From NCBI GenBank assembly GCA_964016885.1, contig OZ024741.1, forward strand, positions 325,252,001 to 325,316,000: a stretch of 64,000 nucleotides of DNA, read 5' to 3'. Made by a program: the position numbers and the translations under genes. The notes under the pieces are model-generated. The model searched no databases, was not told the origin of the DNA, and saw nothing but the letters and a program-made list of their open reading frames with translations. This DNA is from Eledone cirrhosa (taxonomy: Eukaryota). This document shows positions 1 to 12,881 of this stretch, in pieces. Every line of letters begins with the position of its first letter. Position 1 is the first letter of the stretch.

Positions 1-92
1 ATCTGTCTATCAACCAGTCAACCTGTCCGTCTTTCTGTCTGTCCACCTGTCTGTCTGTCTGCATGTCTGTCAGTCAGTATCTGTCAGTATCT

Positions 93-186
<94 letters not shown>

Positions 187-265
187 GTCTGTTTGTCTGT
201 CAGCCTATCTTTGTCTGTCAGTATCTGCCTGTCTGCTTGTCTCTTTCTGTATGTCTGTCTGTTTG
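1..265. repeat. (CTGT)n/(CAGT)n tetranucleotide microsatellite
   Basis: Directly visible tandem ctgt/cagt units. Confidence 0.95.
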
Positions 266-354
266 TGCCATTGCGATAGACGGTGTGCTTTGATCATGTC
301 ACCTGGTGGATTCCATCCTTCTTGTCTGGACACGACCAATTTCTTCATAATGAG

Positions 355-378
355 TGAGAGAGCGAGCGAGAGAGAGAG

Positions 379-460
<82 letters not shown>
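355..460. repeat. (GA)n microsatellite
   Basis: Visible GA run. Confidence 0.97.
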
Positions 461-464
<4 letters not shown>

Positions 465-517
465 GTGTGTAGAGGGTGTGTAGAGGTAGAGAGATATTAG
501 AATGTTAGAAAGGATGG

Positions 518-665
518 ATCTACTCCCAGTACTGGACTGGTACTGGATTTATTGAGCACGAAAAGATGCCGAATAGAGGTGATTTTAGAGGGATTTGAAC
601 TCAGATTTGTATAACGCAAAGTATTTATTCAGATGTACAAATGGCTTTGGCAATTCTACACTTTA
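518..665 (-). mobile_element. Degenerate tRNA-derived SINE (cephalopod-type)
   Basis: cccagtactggactggtact...aaaagatg...ggatttgaactcaga is the reverse complement of the SINE body seen at 21651-21825 and 44390-44548. Confidence 0.6.
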
Positions 666-1410
666 AAGAACACCTACACAAATCAATTATAGATTCCCCC
701 TACCTTTCAAATAGAACACACGTCTTCCATGTTTGTAATCTTACATTTAGAAATTATACGTCTGTGACGTGCACATAATAAGGTCTAACTTTCTTGCCTT
801 CGTAATTGGAATGTTGTCATGATTAAGTTATGTCATGCATGTTATGTTATGTTATGTTGTGTTATGTTATGTTGTGTTATGTTATGTTATGTTATATTAT
901 GTTATATATATATATATATATATATACATTTATATAAAAATACATATACATGCACATGAACATGAATGTATATATATATGTATATATGTGTATATGTATG
1001 TATATAACAATCTCTCTCTCTCTTTTCTTCTCTCTCTTTTTTCCTTTCTGTCTCTCTGTCTCTCTATTTACGCACACACACGTAGTTATAGTTGATCACA
1101 TGCCATTACTCGAAGGTCTTATGCCAGATTACAAGAAGGGAAAATTTCAAATAGTGATAATCGTTCAAGTATACATAAAACAGGAATAATTTTTTAAAAC
1201 AGGAATAATTTTTTAAAACAGGAATAATTTAAGCACCAAGAATACTTGAACTGTTGAAATAATTCAAGTATTGGAATACCTGAACAGCTGAAATAATTCA
1301 ACAGTTAAAATAATTCAACAGCTAGAATAATTTAGTAGCTAGAAGAATTCATCTGTTGATCCCGTTCTGAAATTGTTGATCCGGAGCGATGTGATCAACT
1401 GTAACTATTT

Positions 1411-1427
1411 ATAATAATAATAATAAT
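1411..1427. repeat. (AAT)n tract, the 3' tail/target of Tx1-like element A
   Basis: On the minus strand it directly follows AATAAAGAAATC at the element 3' end. Confidence 0.85.
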
Positions 1428-4400
1428 GATTTCTTTATTGGCCACAAGGGCTGACATCAAGAAAAAACATTACATACGACACAGGACGGTACAGGACGGT
1501 ACGATGTGGGTTTTGTGCGTGTAAAGATTTTTATTATTTATATAAGAAACGAAAAAGAAAAACGACATAGAAATATATATATATATAAACAATAAAAATG
1601 AAAATTCAAACAATGAAAAATTCCCCAAGGGTTACTCGTGGCGAAAACCACACAAAAGACCACGACCACCCTGACCACCAGGGCAAGCGCTCTCTCTCAA
1701 TTTTTTCCCATTCCTCAAACTACAAGCGTATATTCAGAGCGGTCCCGTTCACTCGGACCATTCTCGCTACATTCACCCACCTTTCAACAAACTTGCTAGA
1801 AGAGAGCACTTGCCTCTCCACCCTGATTTTCCTCTTCAACTGAAACTTGAAAAAGTTAATCAGGGATTCGCCGAAGAGGAAAGTGTCTGTCTTTAACCCT
1901 TTCAACCTTGGCCACAAGGCATATGAAAACCGCCTGCCCTTCCTCCTCGAAGAAAGACGGCGAGACCATCTGCACAATGGACTCAGTCGATAACCGGATC
2001 GGTCCTACACGCGACAGCAACTGTTTGACATAGCTCCACAAGTCAGCAATGCTCGGGCACTGAACGAGTGCGTGCACGACGGTTTCGTCGCCCTGCGCGC
2101 ATCTCGGACAGGCTCGGCTGACGGCACTTCCGTGCTTGTAGAACTTATCTCGAACCGGCAAAGCAGGGATTTCTGGAAGTTATCCATAGGCCCTGGGCTG
2201 AAAGTTCTCTGGAAGAGAGCAAACAGCGGATTTTCTTCGACGCGCAGGATCTCCCCGAGAACGTCGTCGCTCTTCCCCTCCATTAGTCCTCTATAGAACG
2301 CCGAGGTGGATGTTCCACCGATACTAGTGCCCAGCTGGCAGAGGGCAGTGAGCGCCTGGAGACATTCCAGTTTCCAAGTGTTATCCCTCGGTCTTTTCCT
2401 GACCCAGGACTGCAGTTCCGTCAAGGAGACGAGCTGTGGGAAAACGTGCCTGGCGAACGGTAACCACACCTGTTCACCGTCAAGAAAGCACCAGAGATGT
2501 CGCAGCCTCAGCGCATGTTTGCGCAGCCTCAGCCACGGGTGTTGACAGGAGATGGATCCTCTGACCATGGGAGCGCATCCCTTCAACAAAAAACGGAAGA
2601 GGAGGCGCTCCATCTTGGTGAGAGTTGGGCCGGAGCAAGGGACGACGGTGAGGCGGTAGCAGATGACGGATGCGATGTACGCATTCGCCATCTCCACCCG
2701 GCCTTTTAGGGACAGCTTCCTCTCTTCCCATTTCTGGGTGAGGGAGGCGACCCCGCTCGGCACCTCGTTCCAGTTTTTCTCCATCTGGAGATCCGGTCCG
2801 AACCAGAACCCAAGTAATTTAACCGGTCCGTCCGTCCAACGCCCCACGACGCTGTCGGATGGCATGGACTTGCCTCTCCAGGTGCCGAGCTGCAAGCCCA
2901 CCGACTTTTCCTGGTTTACCTTTGCTCCTGTCACCGCTTCGTATTCCTTGAGAGTGGTGCCGAGCATCTGGACGTGTCTGGTGCTCGATACCACCACGAT
3001 GACGTTGTCGGCGTAAGCCGACTCGGATTTCTCGCATCCTAGTTCGCGTGGGACGCCCCTCATCGCCCCCAGTGAGTGCAGTAACGGCTCGAGAGCCAAT
3101 ACGTAGAAGAGGGACGAGAGGGGACAACCCTGGCGGACCGAGCGCATGATGCTGAACGGCTGCGACAGGTGACCGTTCACCTTCAGAACTGAGCAGATGT
3201 CGCTATACATCTCAGCGATCCAACCCCTAAAAACGGGCCCGAAACCGGCTGCCTCGAGGACCGCCGCCAGGTACCGATGGTCGAACCTATCGAATGCTTT
3301 GGATGGATCCAAGTTGATCAGGGCCCCACCCGTGCCAGGTTCCTTAACCACCCTCTCTACGATGTATCGCATGAGGTGGAGGTTGTCGTGTATGGATCTG
3401 TCCGGAATGGCGCATGTCTGCGCCTCTCCCACCAGACCCTTGACGACAAGCGCCAACCTCGTTGCTAACACCTTGGCCAACATCTTGAACTCTGCGTTTA
3501 GCAGAGTTATGGGCCTGAAGTTATCGATAACATCCCCCTTGTTCGGGTCTTTTCTCAGCAGCGCCACCGCTCCCCGGCTCACAAAACTGGGAATGCTCCC
3601 GTTCTGCTGCCAGTTGCAGTAGACGTATGCCAAGAGGTCACCGAACAAGTCTGGCATAAATGCATAAAGCTCGTAGGGCAGACCATCCAAACCTGGCGAT
3701 TTACCCCTCGTGTAGTTAGCCATCGCTTCCCGTATTTAACCGGCTGTTATTGGCTTTTCGCAACACTGTGCTGCGGTCGTCGAGAGCCGAGGCAGTCCGT
3801 CGAGGTATGCACTGAAGTCCACACCCCGATCCGACCCGCCGCCGCTCCCGAACAGTTCAGCAAAGTGCTGCTGAAAAGCCTCACACATCTGCTCGGGTTC
3901 GAGCAACACGCACCCGTTTTAGTCAGACAAAGACCGAATTGTGGCTTTGTTGCCACGTCGCGCCTCTGCCACCCGGGCCCATTGGACGGCTTTCGTCCCC
4001 TCGCGTTTCAGAGCACGCGCTCTAGCTCTGACAACGCAGCCTTCGTGTTTTGCGTTGAAGAATTGGTCGAGTGCCAATCTCGCCGCAAGCACGTCGGTTG
4101 CGATGCCTATCCTAAACGCCTATTCTAGCTTTCTGACTAGCTCTCCCTCTCCTCTATTTTCCTCTATTGCTACTCCTTTGCTAAACCTAATCGACTCTAC
4201 TTTAATTGCCCTTTTCAGGGCAAACCACCACCTGTTGTTGACGACCGCTCCCATCAACGCCCGCTTAACTAATACGCTAATCCCGTTTCTGTAGGCTTTG
4301 CGCGCCGCGAAAGACGCGTTCAGCTTCCATTAACCAGGCCCTTGTCTATGAAGTCTGTCTATGTCGATCTCACAGATCACAAATTTGTGGTCTGTGTAGT

Positions 4401-5226
4401 CGACTATTTTAAATTGTGGACAGCCTATACTAGCCTTATCTAGTTCCCTGCAGAATACCCTATCTAGATACGATCTGGATGACCCGATGCGGTTTGTCCA
4501 TGTCCACATTGGCACATTCGGGTGATCCAATCGATACCTGTCAGACAGTTCAAAACGTCTGAGCAGGTTGGTGAGGCTCTTGCACCCTCCTCGCCTATCC
4601 ACTAGCCCCACACAATCTCAGCGTAAATCCAAGATACCGTTCCAGTCGCCCACTAACAGTAAAGAGTGGGATCTTCCCAGAAAGGTCTCTAGACGTCTGA
4701 AGAAATCTGGCCGTCCTGTCCCTATCGGGGAATAGACGGCTACTAGCCTGAAAGCGTTGCCTTCGGTACCGTTCACGTCCAGCACCACCGACTTACCTTC
4801 TGGGTCCAGGAAGACGGTCCGTATGGCGAGACCCAAGCCTTTTCGAAACAACACAGCCACTCCACCCCCGGACGGCTCGGAGATGCGTACACCTCGTAAC
4901 CGTCGAAGATCGGTGCGAAAGCTTGCGTTTCGGAGATTCTAGTCTCGCTGATGGTCACCACATCTATGTTTAGTGACCTGAGGTCGTTAAGAAAGTGACC
5001 CTGCTTCCAAACCGAGCTCAAGCCACGCACGTTTACACTTCCGATCCTGAATACGGCCATGCTGGGTGAGGAACGGGGCAAGTGAGAAAGGATCACTTAC
5101 CTTGATCGTCTGGTGAAGGGACCGTTGAACCGTCCCTTCAGCTGGTCGTCGGCTCTTCTGTGAGTATATCCGAGTATACTCTCCGGGTGAGTGTCCCTCC
5201 TACGTCTCTGAAATCACCAACTGCGT
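1428..5226 (-). mobile_element. Tx1/L1-clade LINE, family A (5'-truncated, ORF1 mostly missing)
   Basis: APE-RT-zinc finger ORF2 remnant, ~290-bp 3' UTR, AATAAA and (ATT)n tail. Confidence 0.9.
1720..5060 (-). pseudogene. Tx1-like ORF2 (APE endonuclease + RT + CCHC), frameshifted
   Basis: APE motifs SVNVRGL, ISET, GDWN, WTW..SYLDR, TDH; RT motifs KSPGLDG, FRPITLLN, KAFD, VRQGCPLS, YADN (catalytic D to N); C-terminal CPRC..ETVVHALVQC. Split over several frames. Confidence 0.9.
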
Positions 5227-5289
5227 TTAATTTTTTATCTTTATTTTTTTATGTTTTTATTTATTTATTTGTTTATTTATTTATTTACG

Positions 5290-8212
5290 TCTACAACCTG
5301 ATGGTGCCACGCTAAAATCACCGGTGGTTATGTAACCATACATTCACCAATCCTTGATATGATTGTTTAAATGTCGAACCTAAACAGTTCGAATAACGGT
5401 GAAAAGGAGACTGGAACGTCATGTGAAAGACTCTCACCCAGCAAGTGCTCCCTGGCCCAGCAGCAGGGATCTGGCTGTCATCCAAATACTACTGGTGTTG
5501 GAGGAAGAAGAAGGAATAGGACAAGAACCAACTGGACGAAAGAATTGAATAGAACTGTCATGAAATGTTACCTGAAGAATAACCCCATGGAAAAAGGTTA
5601 TAGGAAACGAATGCATAACATCTGGAACGAGATTGGTCTATTTAAATTAGATGAACAAAAATTGGCCGGGCAGGCTCGGGTAATAAGAACTAATGGATGG
5701 ATAAGCGAGTTGGAACTGGAGGAACTGAGTAAAGAGATTAAGTTGGAAATGGAGAGTGGAGTATATCAAGCAAACGAGACAGTGGGAAATGAAGGTGAAG
5801 AGGTTAAGAGACCTGAGGAAGCATCCGAAGCAGACAATGATCTGAATGCTGAAATAAATAACATCTGGAACAAAGATACGGCCATTGAGGAATGCTGACG
5901 GGCTAGGGCAAGATTTGGTTGATATCCTGAACTTAGTGGTAGATGAAATGAACAATGATAGTGGAAAACCTATGAACCTAAGATTTGTAGACAGGAAAAA
6001 GTTAAAAGAAACAACAGCTAAGGTAAACAAAGTCATCCCATACATTGAGGCGAGTAACCTTCACCAATGCAACAATATCCTCAAAGCAACCGCAAATGCG
6101 GTGAGGAAATTACTTGGCATAAAAACGGGAGGAAACAACAAACAAGAAAGATCAGAAACTTGGTGGAAGAAACGACTGAATGGTCAAATCAAGGAAATGA
6201 GAAAAGACATTGGAAAGCTTGAGTCTTTACTGAATGGGACATTACAAAACATAGACACTAAAGATATATTGAAAATAAAATTCAAAACTAGGGGAAAGAG
6301 CTAAATATTATCATAGAGGAACTGAAGCAACGCATTGTACTAAAAGTGCAAAGATTAGGCGGTATGAGAGCAGAGTCAGTCAGTATAGACAAAACCGTAT
6401 GATTGACAACAACCAGATGTTGTTTGAACAGCTTGAAGGGAAAGAAAGAGGCAACGACGTGATCCCTGAGGCGGAACAGACTAAGACATTCTGGAGAGGA
6501 ATATGGGAGTAGGATGTTGAACATAATAGCCAGGCAGTGTGGATTGAGACAGTTCAAAAGGAGATTAGTGAACAAGCACACCAACAAACTGATTTGAGTA
6601 TCACAGTTGAAACTCTTAAAGAGCAGGCCAAAAAACTAACCAACTGGAAATCACCAGGCCCAGATGGTGTGCAAGGGTATTGGATTAAAAATATAACATC
6701 CCTCCACCCGAAACTGATGACCATGTTCAATAATGCGTGATGTCGGGTGAAGTAACAGAGTGGTTAACAAAAGGTACCACAGTTCTGGTAATGAAAGACC
6801 GAATCAAGGGTAATGATGTTACCAACTATAGGCCTATCACATGTCTGTCCGTAATGTGGAAACTGTTAACAAGCATTGTGTCTGAATAAATATACCATCC
6901 ACATAAACAACTTTTTACCGGACGAACAGAAAGGATGCCGAAAGAAGTCTCGTGGTATAAAAGACCAGTTACTTATTGATATGATGGTAATGAGGAATTG
7001 CAAGAGGAGGCACACTGGTCTTGCCATGGGATGGATAGATTACAAAAAGGCATTCGACATGGTACTTCATTCTTGGATAACCAAAAGCCCAGAGATCTTC
7101 AAGGTGGCAGATAACATCAGACAGTTGTTGAGCAAAAGTATGAAGTCCTGGGAAACAGAGTTAACATCAGGTGAAGAATCCTTGGGAGGCGTGAAGATCA
7201 AGAGGTATCTTCCAGGGAGATAGTCTGTCCCCTCTGCTGTTTGTCCTTGCCCTGATACCCCTGTCCGTTATATTGCGAAACGTGAGAGCAGGATACAAGT
7301 TGGGAAAAGGAGAGCTTACCACCAACCACCTCCTCTTCATGGACAATCTTAAACTCTTTGGGAAGAGTGAGAAGGAGTTGGATGTACTTGTTGACACTGT
7401 CCGTATTTTCAGCAATGATATATGTATGGAATTTGGTATTAATAAGTGTGAGTCCTAGTGATGAAGAGGGGTAAATTGAGCAGAAGCAACGGAATCCAGG
7501 TACCAACAGGTGAGATGATAAAGGAAATTGACACTGAAGAGAGATACAAATATTTAGGTGTTCTGGAGGAAGATGACATCAAGAACAAAAAAAATGAAGG
7601 AATTGATAAGATCTGAATACATAAGGAGAGTAAGGAACATATTACAATCACATCTAAATAGTAGGAATGTCATAAGTGCAGTAAATTCCCGAGCTATGTC
7701 TATTATTAGGTACAGTGTGGGAATTCTGAAATGGAATGTTGCTGAACAAAAAAAAAAGAAAAGGAAGATTAGGAAGCTTATGACTATCTACAACATGTTC
7801 CACAAGAGGAGTGATGTCGATAGACTCTACTTAAAGAGATCTGAAGGTGGAAGAGGTCTTATCAGCATAGAGGACTGTGTTCAGATGGAGAAAAACAACC
7901 TGCACAAATATGTGACCGACAGTAGGGAGCCAATGCTCAGAATTGTACTGAAGGAGAGAACAATAGACCAGGGGATGTCCAAGGAGGAAATAACAACGAG
8001 GAGGAAGAGCAACCTTCATGAAAAATCCCTTCATAGTACCTTCTTTAAGAAAACGGAATTTAGAGATCCACAGACATGGAACTGGTTAAAAAGAGGAGAC
8101 CTTAAAATAGCTACAGAAGGAATGCTAATGGCTGCGCAAGAGCAGGCCCTCAGAAGGAATGGGTGAAACACCATATTGACAAGGAGGAGGCTGGCTCACT
8201 GTGTAGGATCTG

Positions 8213-8273
<61 letters not shown>

Positions 8274-8881
8274 CTGTGGCTCACATTGTATCTGAGTGTA
8301 AACACCTAGCCCAGACTCACTATAAAGGCTGGAGACATGATGTGATGGGCAGGGTGATCCACTGGCACCTATGCAAGGTAAACAATTTACCACATCCTGA
8401 GAAGTGGTATGAGCACAAGCCAGAGTCGGTGATAGAAAACTATCAGGTGTAGATGCTATGGGATTTTAGGATACAGACGGACAAGAAATTAGAACACAAT
8501 AGGCCTGACCTGGTGGTTTTGGACAATGAAAAAAAATCATGCCTGATTGTAGATGTAGCCTGCCCATTTGACGCAAGAGTGCAAGAAAAAGAGAGGGAGA
8601 AATTAACCGATACCAGGATTTAAGTGGGAGTTAAAAAGGATTTGGAACTGCCATGAAATTAAGGTCGTCCCGATTGTCATAGGTGCACTAGGTACTATCG
8701 CAAAGAGTTTCCAAGGATGGTTAAAGAAGTTTAGTTCAGTTCCGCTTTTTGGAACACTTCAAAAGGCATGCTTGCTGAGAACAGCAAGAACCCTCCGATA
8801 CGTCCTGAATGTCTGAGGCTGCAGGTAGCGACATTTCAATAAACTATCCAGTTAAATAACATCAATGACTGAGACTCAAAG
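5290..8881 (+). mobile_element. R4/Dong-like RLE non-LTR retrotransposon, family B (near full-length, decayed)
   Basis: Single-ORF RT-CCHC-REL architecture; short 3' UTR ending gactgagactcaaag, followed by (AAC)/(AAT)n. Confidence 0.88.
5371..8816 (+). pseudogene. RT-zinc knuckle-restriction-like endonuclease ORF with many frameshifts and stops
   Basis: NWTKELN N-terminal motif, [70 protein letters not shown]...C, RPD, IGALG. Confidence 0.88.
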
Positions 8882-8911
8882 AACAACAACAACAACAACA
8901 CCAACAACAAC

Positions 8912-8947
<36 letters not shown>
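8882..8947. repeat. (AAC)n-(AAT)n tract between elements B and C
   Basis: Visible. Confidence 0.95.
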
Positions 8948-8948
<1 letters not shown>

Positions 8949-11900
8949 GGGTGGCGGCCGGCGGGGAATAGCCGTGTCTCTAGGGGAGAACGACCCCTCT
9001 AGTCTTGGTTGACACTCGTTCTAGAAGTGGTAACACGAAATGATTACCCCTTGGCGGATAAGGATAAAACGCGACAAAATAAAGTAAATGTCTAATGATA
9101 AAATCTCATACCGGATCGGCCGTCACCCGGGTAAAAAAGGGCCGCGTCTCTCAGAGAGGAACCAGACTGGGGTCGAAAAATCAGCTAATGGTTCAAACCT
9201 TCCCATCACTTCGGAGCTGGAGACCTCCCATAACCGGAATACTCCTACTGTTGGCCCTCCATGCTCACCACCAAGAAATCCAAAGAAAAAGAGAGAAAAC
9301 TGGTCAAGGGAAGATAATAAAGAAGTCCTTGAGGCTTTCTACACTGCCATGTACTACCCATCAAATACATCGAATACAGAACAGACATATATCAACTGGA
9401 AAAAGAAACATCCCGAAAACAGAGGCTATATTGACAGTAACAAACTAGCCAATATACGAAGAAATATTGTAAGAAAAAAGTTAGTAACTGATATAGAAAT
9501 TGATCAGATCAAGCTATTAGCACAAAGTCAGCGAAGGGAAAATGAAACATGTGTCAGTGAAAACGAGGTAAACTGTAACACTTCGAATCCCAGGGTTGGG
9601 GCGGAATCACTGGCAACAGAACAAATTAAAGAAAGGATCGAAAAAGTGGAGGGAGTGCATGCTCAGGATGAAACTCCAAATGAAAATAATGAGATCGTAA
9701 ATGATAAAGAAATGAATGAGAATGAACTTGCCAACTTGAAAGATGAAATTATGATCGAATGGATGAAAATGAAAGAATCTGACATGGGGCAACGAGACAC
9801 CCTCCCTAAGATCCAGAACTCCAAACAGAACCAAAAGATAATACACAAGACTAACATAATTCTCAAAAACATTATCATCACAAACAAACTAAACATTACT
9901 GATTTAAATCATCTCTATTATGCAGCGGCTAAAGTCACCACTCACTTATGTGGAGTGAAGATGAAAAAACAAAGGAATTCCCACAAGAAATCTACTTGGC
10001 AAGAGAACATCAATCGCCAAATAAACCTTCTCCGATCTGACATAGAAATTTTAACAAACTATAAAGTAGGTGAACATGTTAAACAAACTAAACTTAGAAA
10101 ATTGAAAAAAAAGTACAGTATAAAATCAACATGTGACATAGACATGCTGATAGAAATAATCAAGCAAAAAGTGTCGGCCAAAGCTGCTCGTATAAGGCGC
10201 TTTGAAAAACGATCTAGATTCTATAAGGACAATAATATGTTCAAAAACAATCAAAGAAACTTCTACAGAAAAATTGGTAAGTCAACAATAACTGCTAAAT
10301 CAATACCACCCAAGGAGGAAGTGCAAGAATTCTGGGAAAAGATCTGGGCCGAAGAAAAAGTTCATAACATACATGCCCCATGGATAGACAGACAAATGAA
10401 AGATACAGCTCACCTTGAGGAACAAACATGGGAAAATATAACAGTTGAACAGTTGCGCTTGGCTCTAAGAAAAACCAGCAAATGGAAATCCCCAGGAAAA
10501 GACAAAATACAAAACTTTTGGATAAATGCCTTCACAGAGTCTCATGAGCTGTTAGCCCAACTTTACAATGAAATAGTTAAGGAGCCAGAAAAGATACCTT
10601 CATGGCTAGTTAACGGCATTACATTCCTGCTTCCGAAGAATGATGAGACAAACAATCCCAAAAATTACAGACCGATAACTTGCTTGACCACAATGTATAA
10701 AATTTTAACATCAGTCCTAACTGAATACACACATGACCACCTGATAACAAATGACCTATTTCCCATTGAGCACAAAGGGTGTAAACGAGGCTCATATGGC
10801 TGTAAGGATCAGCTTCTGGTTAACAAAATGATACTGGAAGATTGTCATAATAGACACAAAAATCTATCGATTGCTTGGATAGATTATAAAGAAGCATTTG
10901 ATAGTTTGCCACACAGTTGGATTGAAAAATGTTTAGAGATTTTCAAAGTATCCCCCGTTGTCAGGAGGTTTTTGTCATTCAGTATGAAGACATGGAAAAC
11001 GACACACCTTTTGAATAGTGAAACAAAATCACTGGAAGCTGGAGAAGTTAATATTAATTGTGGAATTTTTCAGGGTGACTCTTTATCACCGCTTTTATTC
11101 TGCATCGCACTTATACCATTAAGTAAAATGCTCAATGAAACAAAACATGGATATAAAGTCTATGACAAAACCATTAATCACCTGTTCTACATGGATGACC
11201 TGAAACTATTTGCAAAAAATGATGAACAATTGCAAGGGCTATTATCCACTGTGAAGCAGTTCAGTGATGACATTAAAATGGAGTTTGGACTAGATAAATG
11301 CGCCAAAGCAACGTTCACCAGAGAAAAGCTGCTGAAGAGTTCAGACATTAATCTTGATCGGGGGAACGTGATAAGAGAACTTGATCAAGAAAAAACTTAC
11401 AAATATCTAGGTGTTTGTGAAGGAGACGGAATCAAGCACTCGACAATGAGGGAAAGGATAAGGAAGGAATGTTACCGCAGAGTAAGAGCAATCTTAAGAA
11501 CGGAATTGAATGCAAGGAATAGGATCGATGCCATAAACACGCTTGCCATACCAGTAGTAACCTACAGTTACAATGTCATCAACTGGTCAAGCACAGAGAT
11601 CCGTAGGCTCGATACAAAAATTCGAAAATTCTTAACCATGCACAGAATGCATCACCCTAAAGCAGATATAGATAGAATATATCTCCCTAGGAAAGAAGGA
11701 GGACGTGGGTTAATCCAGTTAGACATTGCGTTGAAAACTGCAACAATTGGATTATCTACATATCTAAGGGAATCACATGATTGGATGATCAAACTCGTTT
11801 TGAAACACGAAAGCATCAAAAGATCATATTCCATTACAAAAGATGCACAAAGATACAGTAATGGACTACAAATTTCAGAAGTCCCATTTACTGCTGAAAT

Positions 11901-12881
11901 GGAAAACACAGAAAAAGCAAAGCAGGTAAAAGTAACTGCAAAGAAAGAACTGCTACAGAAACTGGCTAAGAAATGGCAAGAAAAGCCTCTGTATGGAAAA
12001 TACCCAGAGCGAGCTAACAATCCTGATGTTGACAAAACTTTAACCCATCAGTGGTTGGCATCCTCTGGACTGAAATCGGAGACTGAAGGACTGATTATAT
12101 CGGCACAAGATCAGTGTCTGCCAACAAAAAATTACCAAGCCAACATAATAAAAAATGGGTGCAGCCCATTATGCCGTGTATGCAAAAAACAACCAGAGAC
12201 CATTGACCATATAATTTCAATGTGCAGTCCTATAGCTCCAACCGAATACCTAAACAAGCATGACAGAGCTGCACAATACATACATTGGATAATGTGTAAG
12301 CATTTTGACCTGCCCCATCAAAAGAATTGGTGGGAGCATCAACCACCTCCCATACTTGAAAAAGATCACATCTCAATCTTGTGGAACTTTAGCATCCAAA
12401 CAGACCGAAAAATAGATGCAAATAGACCTGATATAATATTGAAAGACTTTCAAAAGAGGGTATGCCTGCTAATTGATATGTCTGTTCCAATAGACAAGAA
12501 TGTATCTATAAAAACATTTGAAAAATTGAGCAAGTATAAGGACCTGGAGATAGAAATTGGAAAAATGTGGAAATTGAGAACTAAAACAATACCAGTGGTT
12601 GTAGGCGCTCTGGAAATGATACCTAAGGGGTCTAATGATTACATATCGCAAATCCCAGGAAACCCGCGTATAGGAGAAATACAAAAGATAGTACTAATGG
12701 GAACTGCCCATATACTAAGGAAGATTCTGTCAATATAAGTACATCACAAGTCTAAACACTAAAGATGCATGTGTGAATATGTATGTTCTTTCTTGAACAT
12801 GGCGGACCTTGTTGTCTCTTGAGGTCACTGGTTGTGACTTGGTGATAACTCGTATGAACATAAAGCAAGATAAATGCAACT

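Noticed and set aside
1178-1345. Short repeats acaggaataatt(t)aaa and gaaataattcaa
   Set aside because: Local slippage-type duplications with no supporting structure.
2072-4294. Antisense ORFs over the Tx1 elements (also 56051-57577 and 61762-63378)
   Set aside because: Shadow ORFs of GC-rich ORF2 with no independent motifs.
9088-12738. Prokaryotic RT system (retron, DGR, group II intron) or telomerase
   Set aside because: The RT-CCHC-REL architecture, simple-repeat tail and eukaryotic context identify a non-LTR retrotransposon.
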